Under the pieces are notes generated by a model. It was not told the DNA's origin and ran no database searches. It worked only from the letters and a program-made list of their open reading frames with translations. A stretch of 64,000 nucleotides of DNA from a virus: positions 96,001 to 160,000 of the IMG/VR virus record IMGVR_UViG_3300043446_003177. One strand, 5' to 3'. Within the stretch, counting starts at the first letter, position 1. Each line of letters opens with the position of its first letter. Position numbers and translations under genes: made by a program. Below are positions 47,415 to 55,849 of the stretch, one piece after another.

Positions 47415-49565
47415 ATGACCGTCCGCCACGAAATCAAGTCCCAACTTGCTAAACTGCTTGCTACCGAAGACCTTGTGGTTGAGCACAAGAAGGTAGAGAC
47501 TGCCCAGTTTAATGTTCATACCCGTGTGCTCACCCTGCCTATGTGGGAGAAGGCAAGCAACACCGTGTATGACCTGCTGGTGGGGCACGAGGTCGGACAT
47601 GCTCTCTATACGCCTGATGAAGACTGGTTGAAGGAATATAAAATTCCTCCGCAGTTTGTGAATGTGGTTGAAGATGCTCGTATCGAGAAACTGATGAAGC
47701 GTCGGTATCCTGGTCTTGCTAAGACTTTTTATAACGGATACAAAGAACTCGCTGAGCAAGATTTCTTTCAACTTGCCGATGAGAAACTTGATGAGATGAA
47801 TCTTGCTGACCGTGCAAACCTGTGGTTCAAAATTGGTAACTTTACTGATATTTTGATTGAGGGTGATGAAGAAACTGAAATCATTAATTTGATTTCTGAT
47901 GCAGAAACTTTTGCTGATGTGCTGATTGCTGCAGAAGCACTCTATAAGTATTGTAAGCAAAAGCAACAAGAAGAAACCAAGACTCAACTGGATGATCTCC
48001 AGTCGCAAGATTCTGGTGCAAGTCAGCAACCTGCTTCTGATTTTTCTGATCAACAAGAGGGTGAGAATGACCAACCTGAGTCTGATGGTTCAGAAGGTTC
48101 TTCTTCTGGAGAAGATTCTCAACAACAGAAACCCACTAATTCTCCTTCTGGAGGTGAAAAAGATACCGAGCCTGAAGTTAAAACAATGGATTCTTTGGAA
48201 GATGCTCTCAAAGATCTTCTGAGTAAAGATGGGTATGAAAATGTTTATTTGGAACTTCCCCAACTTGATCTAAGTAAAGTTATTGTTCCTAATTCTCAGA
48301 TTCATAATCGTTGTAAGGAAGAGTGGGATACTTGGGTTGAACGTATGGACTATACTAAAGAACTTATTTTTGGAAGTGTTGATGCCCAGTTTAATGAGTT
48401 CAAGCGTTCTGCTCAGAAAGAAGTCAATTATTTGGTCAAAGAGTTTGAATGCCGTAAAGCAGCAGACTCTTATGCTCGTGCATCTACTTCTCGCACGGGT
48501 GTTCTGGATTGCACTAAGCTTCACACCTATAAGTATAATGAAGACTTGTTCCGTAAAGTAACGACACTTGCTGATGGTAAGAATCATGGTCTGGTGTTTG
48601 TTCTGGACTGGTCTGGTTCAATGTGTGATGTGATGTTGGATACGGTCAAGCAACTTTTCAACCTTGTCTGGTTCTGTAAGAAAGTTGCTATTCCGTTCGA
48701 TGTTTATGCCTTTACATCCGATTACCCCTTGGTTTCTTATGATGAAAATAATAAAGCAAGTCTTCGTGAACTTTCCTATAAGAAGCGTGATGGTCTAGTT
48801 CAGGTTGGTGAATGGTTCTCGATGATGAATCTTCTCACCAGTAAGGTGAATGGTAAGACTCTGGATGAGCAGATGAAGAACATCTTTCGTCTTGCAACTT
48901 CTTTCGGCCGCTGGTCTCAATGTTCTTACACAACTCCTACTGGACTGAGTTTGTCTGGAACTCCTCTGAATGAAGCACTTATTTCTCTTCATCAGATCCT
49001 TCCCAAGTTCCAGAAAGAAAACAAACTCCAGAAAGTTCAGTGTGTGGTTTTGACTGATGGTGAGGCGTGTATGGTGAAGTATCATCGTCAAGTTCAGCGT
49101 CACTGGGAACAAGAACCTTTTATAGGCACTTCTCATATTGGTCCTAATGCTTTTCTTCGTGACCGTAAGACTGGTAATACCTATTCTTGCGATGTTGAGT
49201 GGAGTGGTTTTAGTGATGTTCTTCTCCGCAACCTTCGTGATAAGTTTGCTGATATTAACTTTATTGGTATTCGTGTTCTTGAAGGTCGTGATGCTGGTAA
49301 CTTTATCCGCCGCTACTGTGGATTCTTTGGACCTAATTTTGAAAAGACAATGACTGCTTGGAAAAAAGAAAAAGCATTTACAATTAAACAATCTGGTTAT
49401 CATTCCTACTTTGGTCTTTCTGCTTCTGCGCTTACCCAAGATAGTGGATTTGATGTTGCAGAAGATGCTACTAAATCTCAAATCAAATCTGCTTTTGTGA
49501 AGAGTTTGAAGTCTAAGAAGATGAACAAAAAAATTCTTGGTGAGTTTGTGGAACTGATTGCGTAG
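47415..49565 (+). CDS. CobT-like protein: N-terminal HExxH metallopeptidase-like domain, acidic linker, C-terminal VWA domain
   Basis: LVGHEVGHALY, NVVEDARIE, MIDAS LDWSGSM, SGTPL, VLTDGE; start probably ATG 47415, downstream of the -10 box. Confidence 0.85.
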   Translation: MTVRHEIKSQLAKLLATEDLVVEHKKVETAQFNVHTRVLTLPMWEKASNTVYDLLVGHEVGHALYTPDEDWLKEYKIPPQFVNVVEDARIEKLMKRRYPGLAKTFYNGYKELAEQDFFQLADEKLDEMNLADRANLWFKIGNFTDILIEGDEETEIINLISDAETFADVLIAAEALYKYCKQKQQEETKTQLDDLQSQDSGASQQPASDFSDQQEGENDQPESDGSEGSSSGEDSQQQKPTNSPSGGEKDTEPEVKTMDSLEDALKDLLSKDGYENVYLELPQLDLSKVIVPNSQIHNRCKEEWDTWVERMDYTKELIFGSVDAQFNEFKRSAQKEVNYLVKEFECRKAADSYARASTSRTGVLDCTKLHTYKYNEDLFRKVTTLADGKNHGLVFVLDWSGSMCDVMLDTVKQLFNLVWFCKKVAIPFDVYAFTSDYPLVSYDENNKASLRELSYKKRDGLVQVGEWFSMMNLLTSKVNGKTLDEQMKNIFRLATSFGRWSQCSYTTPTGLSLSGTPLNEALISLHQILPKFQKENKLQKVQCVVLTDGEACMVKYHRQVQRHWEQEPFIGTSHIGPNAFLRDRKTGNTYSCDVEWSGFSDVLLRNLRDKFADINFIGIRVLEGRDAGNFIRRYCGFFGPNFEKTMTAWKKEKAFTIKQSGYHSYFGLSASALTQDSGFDVAEDATKSQIKSAFVKSLKSKKMNKKILGEFVELIA

Positions 49566-49572
49566 ATAAATA
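49565..49572 (+). promoter_or_regulatory. Late promoter GATAAATA
   Basis: 21 nt upstream of ATG 49594. Confidence 0.6.
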
Positions 49573-49593
49573 CTCAAAAGAGTGCCTATAAAG

Positions 49594-50709
49594 ATGCAAC
49601 TTCCAGAAGAACTTCTTGATGAGAGAACCCTGATGAAAATGAAAGGATCCAAGAAATCAGGCACTATGCCTATTCCTGGATCCGAAGGTGCTGCACGAAA
49701 AGATGTTGCTCGTGCTGGATTTAGAAAAAAGGGTCCAATTCAAGATCCTAAAGTTGAGAAAAGTGGAAAAGATGTTCCTGTTTGGGTAAGAACTCATAAA
49801 TCTCCTGCTGATTATGCTGCTCATACAGCAAAGCAAAAACATAAAGAAGGTGAAAAAACTGATACTAAAGAATTAAGAAAACAGTTTCATAAAACTGGAG
49901 CTAAAAAAGATAGTGAAGTTCATGATATTACTGTAGGATCCCCCAAATCAAAAGTAAAAGATCCTGGGCAAAGGGCAAGACAATTTGTCGGTGCTTTAAA
50001 AGATGTTAAAGATAAAATGAAGGAAAAGAAAGGAGTTGCTACAAATACTCCAACTGCTATTGATTCCACTAAAACAAAAAATAAAAAAAATAGAAGTGGG
50101 GAAGAAGGTGCAGAGCAAAGAGGTAGAATTTATAAGAAACTCGGAATGGGCGAAAGAAATCCAAAGACAGGAGTACAAATGGCAAAATTAGGAGAATGCA
50201 AGTCTTTCAGTCAGTTCATGTTAGAGTGTAATTCTATTCAAGAAACATCTCTGAACAGAATTAGATCTAAGTCGGAAAAAGGCGGAATGGCTATCATGTC
50301 TGCTCAACGTGGTGATAAATCTAAGTCAGAAAATAAAGCACGTTCTAAGCAACTTGAGAAGGATGTGAGGGGCGCTGGTCTTCCCGGACCCACCAAAGTT
50401 AAAGGTAGATATACTGAAAATCCAGGAACACCTCAAGAGAAAAAAGTAGGAGAAAAGTCCCACGTCATTACTCCTGGTAAGAAAGGCAAAAGAAAGTTTA
50501 AAAAGGCAATCGAAAAATTAGGTAAGAAGTATGATCAAGACTCTGTTCTCATCCAACGTAAGAAGGGTGGGAGTGCAACTCTTAAAGGAACATCAAAAAC
50601 ATCTTGGCCTGGAAAGGGAAAGAATGTTAAAATTGGTAAAATGAAACCTGGACGTACAGGTGAGTTTGATACTAAGGTAAAAAACAAAACATTTACAGTT
50701 GAGGATTGA
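49594..50709 (+). CDS. Lys-rich two-domain late protein: degenerate GNAT-like N-domain, capsid-targeting-like linker, SAM-lyase-like C-domain
   Basis: C-domain motifs SAQR, ENKARSKQL, GRYTE, GEKS, QDSVL collinear with T3 SAMase motifs as I recall them; linker KSFSQFMLE. Confidence 0.55.
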   Translation: MQLPEELLDERTLMKMKGSKKSGTMPIPGSEGAARKDVARAGFRKKGPIQDPKVEKSGKDVPVWVRTHKSPADYAAHTAKQKHKEGEKTDTKELRKQFHKTGAKKDSEVHDITVGSPKSKVKDPGQRARQFVGALKDVKDKMKEKKGVATNTPTAIDSTKTKNKKNRSGEEGAEQRGRIYKKLGMGERNPKTGVQMAKLGECKSFSQFMLECNSIQETSLNRIRSKSEKGGMAIMSAQRGDKSKSENKARSKQLEKDVRGAGLPGPTKVKGRYTENPGTPQEKKVGEKSHVITPGKKGKRKFKKAIEKLGKKYDQDSVLIQRKKGGSATLKGTSKTSWPGKGKNVKIGKMKPGRTGEFDTKVKNKTFTVED

Positions 50710-50710
50710 G

Positions 50711-50905
50711 ATGGCAAAAAAACTTGATAAATTTCCATTTGATCATGTAGTAAAATATGATACTCAAGAAGTATGGATTAAGTGCAGCAGTGTTACTACT
50801 GCTATGGGACTTCCTACACTTGTAAATCAATATTATCCTGGGTATAAAGCAAAGATTGGGACACAGGAGCAACTTGACCAACTTCGCAACCAGTTGGTGA
50901 ACTGA
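50711..50905 (+). CDS. Hypothetical protein (64 aa)
   Basis: ATG 50711 with GAGGA RBS; MAKKLDKFPFDHVV... Confidence 0.65.
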   Translation: MAKKLDKFPFDHVVKYDTQEVWIKCSSVTTAMGLPTLVNQYYPGYKAKIGTQEQLDQLRNQLVN

Positions 50906-50944
50906 CCATTCGGGGGGTTCTGCCCCCCTTTTTGGTTGTATAAT
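50890..50944 (+). promoter_or_regulatory. Early-type promoter with dyad CAGTT-N4-AACTG and TATAAT
   Basis: CCAGTT-GGTG-AACTGACCA; TATAAT at 50939-50944 upstream of cobS. Confidence 0.65.
50912..50933 (+). terminator. Rho-independent terminator
   Basis: GGGGGG-TTCTG-CCCCCC plus T5. Confidence 0.8.
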
Positions 50945-50976
50945 ATGTCTGTTGAAACAAACCACCTAACTACATT

Positions 50977-52107
50977 ATGTCTCGCAAGTCCTCTGTGAAC
51001 GACCAACAACTTATTGAAAGCATTAAAGAACTCTATGGTTCTGAAATTACTTCTGGCGACCTCAAAGGTTTCTGTGCATCTCGTAGTCTCAACTATCAGA
51101 CCGTTACTCGTCGTCTTGAAAATTATAAAACTGCTCGTGGTCGCTGGAATCTTGAAGTGACTCAAGAACGTGTTGAAGAGATCGAACGTTCCTTCCAAGC
51201 CCCTGCTGTTATTCCTTCTGTGGAACAAAACCTCATTCCCGATAAAGATGATACCTTCGTCAAGTTTGGTAACTTTGGTGATATTAAAAAAATTATTCAG
51301 TCCCGTATCTTTTACCCTGCGTTTATCACGGGTCTGTCGGGTAACGGTAAAACGTTCTCGGTGGAGCAAGCATGTGCTCAACTCAAGCGTGAAATGATTC
51401 GTGTGAATATCACTATTGAGACTGACGAGGATGACCTGATTGGTGGTTTCCGCCTTGTGAATGGTGAAACTGTCTGGCACAATGGTCCCGTAGTGGAAGC
51501 ACTTGAGCGTGGCGCTGTACTCCTTCTGGATGAGATCGACCTTGCTTCTAACAAGATCCTGTGCCTGCAATCCATTCTGGAAGGTAAGGGTGTATTCCTT
51601 AAAAAGATTGGTCGCTTCGTGAAACCTGCCGCTGGTTTCAACGTCATCGCAACCGCCAACACCAAGGGTAAGGGTTCTGATGACGGTCGCTTTATCGGCA
51701 CCAATGTGCTCAACGAAGCCTTCCTTGAGCGTTTCCCTGTGACCTTTGAGCAGTCCTATCCCGCCCCTGCTACTGAGCAGAAGATCCTGGAAGGCATCGC
51801 TCTGGACCTGGGTGTGGAAGACCGCGACTTCTGCAAGCGCCTGGTGGACTGGGCAGACATCATCCGTAAGACCTTCTACGATGGTGGTATTGAGGAAATC
51901 ATCAGCACCCGCCGTCTGACTCACATTATCCGTGCCTACAGTATCTTCCAAGATAAGGCAAAGGCAATTCAAGTGTGTGTGAACCGCTTTGATGATGAAA
52001 CCAAGCAGTCTTTCTTGGAACTGTATGATAAGGTGGATGCTGACTTCCAGATGCCCACAAATCAAGTGGATATCACTCCTGGAATTGACTCTCCGCATCC
52101 GTTCTGA
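50977..52107 (+). CDS. cobS: CobS-like MoxR AAA+ ATPase
   Basis: GLSGNGKT, DEDDLIGG, LLLDEID, IATANTKG, NEAFLERF, ISTRRL. Confidence 0.92.
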   Translation: MSRKSSVNDQQLIESIKELYGSEITSGDLKGFCASRSLNYQTVTRRLENYKTARGRWNLEVTQERVEEIERSFQAPAVIPSVEQNLIPDKDDTFVKFGNFGDIKKIIQSRIFYPAFITGLSGNGKTFSVEQACAQLKREMIRVNITIETDEDDLIGGFRLVNGETVWHNGPVVEALERGAVLLLDEIDLASNKILCLQSILEGKGVFLKKIGRFVKPAAGFNVIATANTKGKGSDDGRFIGTNVLNEAFLERFPVTFEQSYPAPATEQKILEGIALDLGVEDRDFCKRLVDWADIIRKTFYDGGIEEIISTRRLTHIIRAYSIFQDKAKAIQVCVNRFDDETKQSFLELYDKVDADFQMPTNQVDITPGIDSPHPF

Positions 52108-52113
52108 TATAAT
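52085..52113 (+). promoter_or_regulatory. Sigma70-type promoter
   Basis: TTGACT-N17-TATAAT. Confidence 0.8.
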
Positions 52114-52114
52114 T

Positions 52115-52146
52115 GGGGAAGGTAAATTATGACCCTTCCCCTTTTT
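52115..52146 (+). terminator. Terminator-like hairpin after cobS
   Basis: GGGGAAGG...CCTTCCCC plus T5. Confidence 0.65.
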
Positions 52147-52626
52147 ATTATGGACGAATATCCTTATTCAGAAAGTCAATTTCAATTCACCTTATCAGAT
52201 GGTGGTGATGGAACATTGGACCTTAGTAAAACTCCTGTTAATGAGAGTATGCCTCCTTGGGGGCACAGCGACCTTGAATTTTTGATTAACAATCCTGAAA
52301 TGAACGAACCTACTAATCATCTTTGGAAATATAGTGAAGATAAAATCCTGAAAGACATTCAGGACTATGTGACTGGAACTTATAATAGTCATTACTGTGG
52401 TCACAATCAAGCATATAAAGACACACAAACTATTGATTTGATGGCTGCAAAAGATCTTGCTGCTCATTTCTGCCAGGCAAACATTTTGAAGTATGGTAGT
52501 CGCTATGGCGATAAGGACGGTCGCAATAAGCGTGATCTCCTGAAAGTCATTCACTATGCTATGCTTCTATTGCATTTTGATGGGCACTATTCTCGTAAAG
52601 ATAATGGTCTAACTGAATTCCGCTGA
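52129..52626 (+). CDS. DUF3310-like (T7 gp1.7-related) protein
   Basis: SHY...QTIDLM...FCQANILKYGSRYGDKDG...DLLKVIHYA; start could be 52150 or later. Confidence 0.7.
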   Translation: MTLPLFIMDEYPYSESQFQFTLSDGGDGTLDLSKTPVNESMPPWGHSDLEFLINNPEMNEPTNHLWKYSEDKILKDIQDYVTGTYNSHYCGHNQAYKDTQTIDLMAAKDLAAHFCQANILKYGSRYGDKDGRNKRDLLKVIHYAMLLLHFDGHYSRKDNGLTEFR

Positions 52627-52631
52627 TTGTA

Positions 52632-53318
52632 ATGAAACTGAGAAAAAAAACTATGAAATTTACTGAAAAGACCATTTCCATTCTCAAAAACTTTTCTTCA
52701 ATTAACCAGTCAATTTTGTTTAAGTCTGGTAGTACTATTCGCACTATTTCTGTAATGAAAAATATTCTTGCAGAAGCAACGGTTGATGAACAGTTTCCGA
52801 AGGATTTTGGAATTTATGATCTCACTCAATTTTTGAATGCATTATCAATTAATGATAATCCAGAGTTGGATTTTGAGAATGATAATTACACTATCATCCG
52901 TGATGGTAAAGAACGGTCGAAGTACTTCTTTGCTGATCCAAATGTAATTGTTACACCACCAGACAAACAAATTAGTCTTCCCAGTGAAGACGTTTGTTTT
53001 GTAATCAATACTCAGCAGATTGATAAACTGAAAAAAGCATCTTCCGTTTATCAAGTTTCTGATCTATCTGCTGTTGGTGAAAATGGAGTAGTTAAGTTAG
53101 TTATCCGAGACAAAAAGAATGATTCTTCCAATGAATTTTCAATCGTTGTTGGAGAAACGGATTCTGAATTTACGTTCAATTTTAAAGTAGAAAACATTAA
53201 GATTCTTCCTGGAACTTATGAAGTGGTGATCTCACAGAAACTTCTTTCTAGATTCAAAAATCAAACATCTGATTTGACTTATTATATTGCTTTAGAACCA
53301 GATTCGACATTTGGATGA
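52632..53318 (+). CDS. gp45: Sliding clamp gp45
   Basis: ILKNFSSINQSIL, FGIYDLTQFL, FKVENIKILPGTY, YYIALE. Confidence 0.95.
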   Translation: MKLRKKTMKFTEKTISILKNFSSINQSILFKSGSTIRTISVMKNILAEATVDEQFPKDFGIYDLTQFLNALSINDNPELDFENDNYTIIRDGKERSKYFFADPNVIVTPPDKQISLPSEDVCFVINTQQIDKLKKASSVYQVSDLSAVGENGVVKLVIRDKKNDSSNEFSIVVGETDSEFTFNFKVENIKILPGTYEVVISQKLLSRFKNQTSDLTYYIALEPDSTFG

Positions 53319-53461
53319 AGTATCGTGTAAAATACAAACTTCCAGGTGACGGACGTTACTTGGAAGTTATTGTCGATGCAGATAGTCAGTCGCAAGCAAA
53401 GAAAATTGCTCAAGCACAGATTCCCTCTGCTATTATTGTTGGTGGTCCTCAACCTATTTGA
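53315..53461 (+). CDS. Small hypothetical protein (48 aa)
   Basis: Not in the ORF track. MKYRVKYKLPGDGRYLEVIVDADSQSQAKKIAQAQIPSAIIVGGPQPI; ATGA overlap, fills the gp45-gp44 gap. Confidence 0.7.
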   Translation: MKYRVKYKLPGDGRYLEVIVDADSQSQAKKIAQAQIPSAIIVGGPQPI

Positions 53462-53463
53462 TT

Positions 53464-54408
53464 ATGCGTGATGAATTTTTGTGGGTAGAAAAATATCGCC
53501 CAAAGACAATTGAAGATTGCATTCTCCCCGAGAATATTAAAAAAACCTTTACTGATTTTCTAAATAGAGGTGAAATTTCAAATATGCTTCTCGCTGGTCC
53601 TCCTGGAGTTGGGAAGACTACTGTAGCTAAAGCACTATGTAATGAATTGGGAGTAGATGTTTATGTTATTAATGGATCCGACGAAGGTAGATTCCTTGAT
53701 ACTGTCCGAAACAATGCGAAAAACTTCGCTTCGACCGTATCACTTTCGTCAACTGCTAAACACAAAGTCATCATCATTGATGAGGCAGATAACACAACCT
53801 CAGATGTACAACTCCTCCTACGGGCGTCTATTGAGGAATTTGCTAACAACTGCAGGTTCATCTTTACCTGCAACTATAAAAATAAAATCATTGAACCGCT
53901 CCATTCCAGGTGTGCTGTCGTTGAGTTCGGCATCAAAGGAAAGGAAAGAACCTATCTTGCAGGTGCGTTCTTCAAAAGATTGCAAGAAATCTTGGATAAA
54001 GAAGGTATCGAATATGATGAAAAAGTTCTTGCCGAAATCATCAACAAGCACTTCCCCGACTGGCGACGAGTCCTCAACGAGTGTCAAAGGTACTCGGTGG
54101 GAGGAAAAATTGACTCAGGAATTCTTGCATCTTTCTCAGACATCTCTGTAAATGAACTTATTAAAAATCTCAAGGATAAGAACTTTACTGAAGTCCGAAA
54201 GTGGGTGGTCTCCAACCTGGACAACGATGCTAGTAGTCTACTTCGCAGGATTTATGACGCCGCTTTTGACTATCTTTCACCCCCATCTATTCCTGCTGCC
54301 GTTCTTATTATTGCTAAGTATCAATACCAATGTGCGTTCGTGGCTGACCAAGAAGTGAACCTTCTTGCTGCTCTTACTGAAATTATGTGTGAGTGTGAAT
54401 TTAAATGA
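53464..54408 (+). CDS. gp44: Clamp loader large subunit gp44
   Basis: LWVEKYRP, GPPGVGKTT, IIIDEAD, PLHSRC, FPDWRR. Confidence 0.97.
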   Translation: MRDEFLWVEKYRPKTIEDCILPENIKKTFTDFLNRGEISNMLLAGPPGVGKTTVAKALCNELGVDVYVINGSDEGRFLDTVRNNAKNFASTVSLSSTAKHKVIIIDEADNTTSDVQLLLRASIEEFANNCRFIFTCNYKNKIIEPLHSRCAVVEFGIKGKERTYLAGAFFKRLQEILDKEGIEYDEKVLAEIINKHFPDWRRVLNECQRYSVGGKIDSGILASFSDISVNELIKNLKDKNFTEVRKWVVSNLDNDASSLLRRIYDAAFDYLSPPSIPAAVLIIAKYQYQCAFVADQEVNLLAALTEIMCECEFK

Positions 54409-55466
54409 TTCTTTCAAACGAAGATGCAGTATGGGCTGCTGATCAATTTATACAATACTATTCCAAGTTTAATCGAATTGATGACTATCTTCGGTTTGTA
54501 AAATCTAGCAGACTTACAAATGCTTCTGGAAAACTGTTTGGTCCAGAGTATGAAATTTTTTCTAATTTTGGTATTCATCCAAACGAAATGTCGTTCCAAA
54601 TTCATGAGGTGGATACTTCTTTAAAACCAAATTCAAAGTATAATCAAGATTTGTATTCTGAAATTCTAAATGAAACAGCATCAAATGCTATTGAGGAAGC
54701 AATTCCTGGAAGAACTTTGAAGTGGATTGTTACTGAAGAAACCACTCAAAAGATAATTGGTGTAGTTAGGTTTGGATCTCCAACTATTAACTCAAAACCA
54801 AGAAATGAGTACTTTGGAGAAGTTTTATCTTTATCTACCATCAATAAAGAATTTGTAATGGGATTTAATATAGTTCCCGTACAACCTTTTGGTTATAATT
54901 ATCTTGGTGGGAAATTACTTGCCCTACTAGCATCTTCAAATAAATTGAAGAGGGATTTTGATAAGAAATACGGAACAGATCTTCGTTATTTTGAAACAAC
55001 ATCTTTGTATGGAACTACTAAGGGAGTTTCTATGTACGATGGGTTAAAACCATTTATTCGGCATATTGGAGATACTGAAAGTAAGTTTTTGCCTCTTTTT
55101 CATGACGATTATTTTCGTGAAATGTTCTGGTGGTTTAATGAAAAAGCCAACGGAGGGGAGAGACTGATCTCTGCTGATAAGTCCTCAAAGAAATTAAAAA
55201 TCCAAACCAAGATGATTTCAATCATCACAAAGTCTCTTCAAGATGATTCAAAGCTACAAGAGTTTAAATCTTGTATTGAACATGCAAAATCTTTGACCGA
55301 AAAGAAAAGATATTATATTTCCAAGTTTGGATATGAACCAGAGGATGTGATTTCTTGGTGGAAAAAGAAAGCAAGTAAGAGATATGAGAAATTAAAGTCT
55401 GATAATTGTTTGAGGACAGAGTTGGAACTTTGGAAATTGGGCAGTGATTTGGAGATTATACGATGA
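54405..55466 (+). CDS. DUF4338 (Druantia DruA)-like protein
   Basis: IPGRTLKWIV, GSPTINSKPRN, VPVQPFGYNYLGGKLLALL, ETTSLYG; family recalled from memory. Confidence 0.6.
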   Translation: MILSNEDAVWAADQFIQYYSKFNRIDDYLRFVKSSRLTNASGKLFGPEYEIFSNFGIHPNEMSFQIHEVDTSLKPNSKYNQDLYSEILNETASNAIEEAIPGRTLKWIVTEETTQKIIGVVRFGSPTINSKPRNEYFGEVLSLSTINKEFVMGFNIVPVQPFGYNYLGGKLLALLASSNKLKRDFDKKYGTDLRYFETTSLYGTTKGVSMYDGLKPFIRHIGDTESKFLPLFHDDYFREMFWWFNEKANGGERLISADKSSKKLKIQTKMISIITKSLQDDSKLQEFKSCIEHAKSLTEKKRYYISKFGYEPEDVISWWKKKASKRYEKLKSDNCLRTELELWKLGSDLEIIR

Positions 55467-55849
55467 CTTATGAATTGAAGGAGTGGTTGAATTCTATTAA
55501 TTTTACTAAAGAAAATTTAATAGAAGAATCCTTGGATCTGATAAAAGATTATCCACCCTATATTGTTAATAGATGCTTATCTGGGCATATTGATTGCATA
55601 CTCTTTGCAAATGAGATAAACATGAATCATCACCTCGACAAAGATATGCAATATTCATTTTATCTAAATAGTCTTAGGAAAAAGAAGAGATTTTCTCCTT
55701 GGATCCGAAAAGATAAAATCAAAGATTTAGAATGCATTAAAAAATACTATGGATATAGTAATGAAAAAGCATCTCAAGCTTTGAAGATTCTAAACAAAGA
55801 ACAATTAGACTTTATTAAAAAACGACTTGAAACTGGCGGAACAAAATGA
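55463..55849 (+). CDS. gp62: Clamp loader small subunit gp62
   Basis: LKEWLNSIN, YPPYIVNRCLS, RKKKRFSPW, KYYGYSNEKA. Confidence 0.93.
   Translation: MTYELKEWLNSINFTKENLIEESLDLIKDYPPYIVNRCLSGHIDCILFANEINMNHHLDKDMQYSFYLNSLRKKKRFSPWIRKDKIKDLECIKKYYGYSNEKASQALKILNKEQLDFIKKRLETGGTK

Noticed and set aside
47145-49664. 309-aa and 289-aa minus-strand ORFs
   Set aside because: Antisense shadows of the VWA gene and its neighbours; not protein-like.
50833-52098. 421-aa minus-strand ORF
   Set aside because: Antisense shadow of cobS, explained by codon bias; no recognisable motifs.
50977-52107. cobS as evidence of cobalamin synthesis
   Set aside because: No cobN or other cob genes in the window; a MoxR/VWA chaperone role is more parsimonious.
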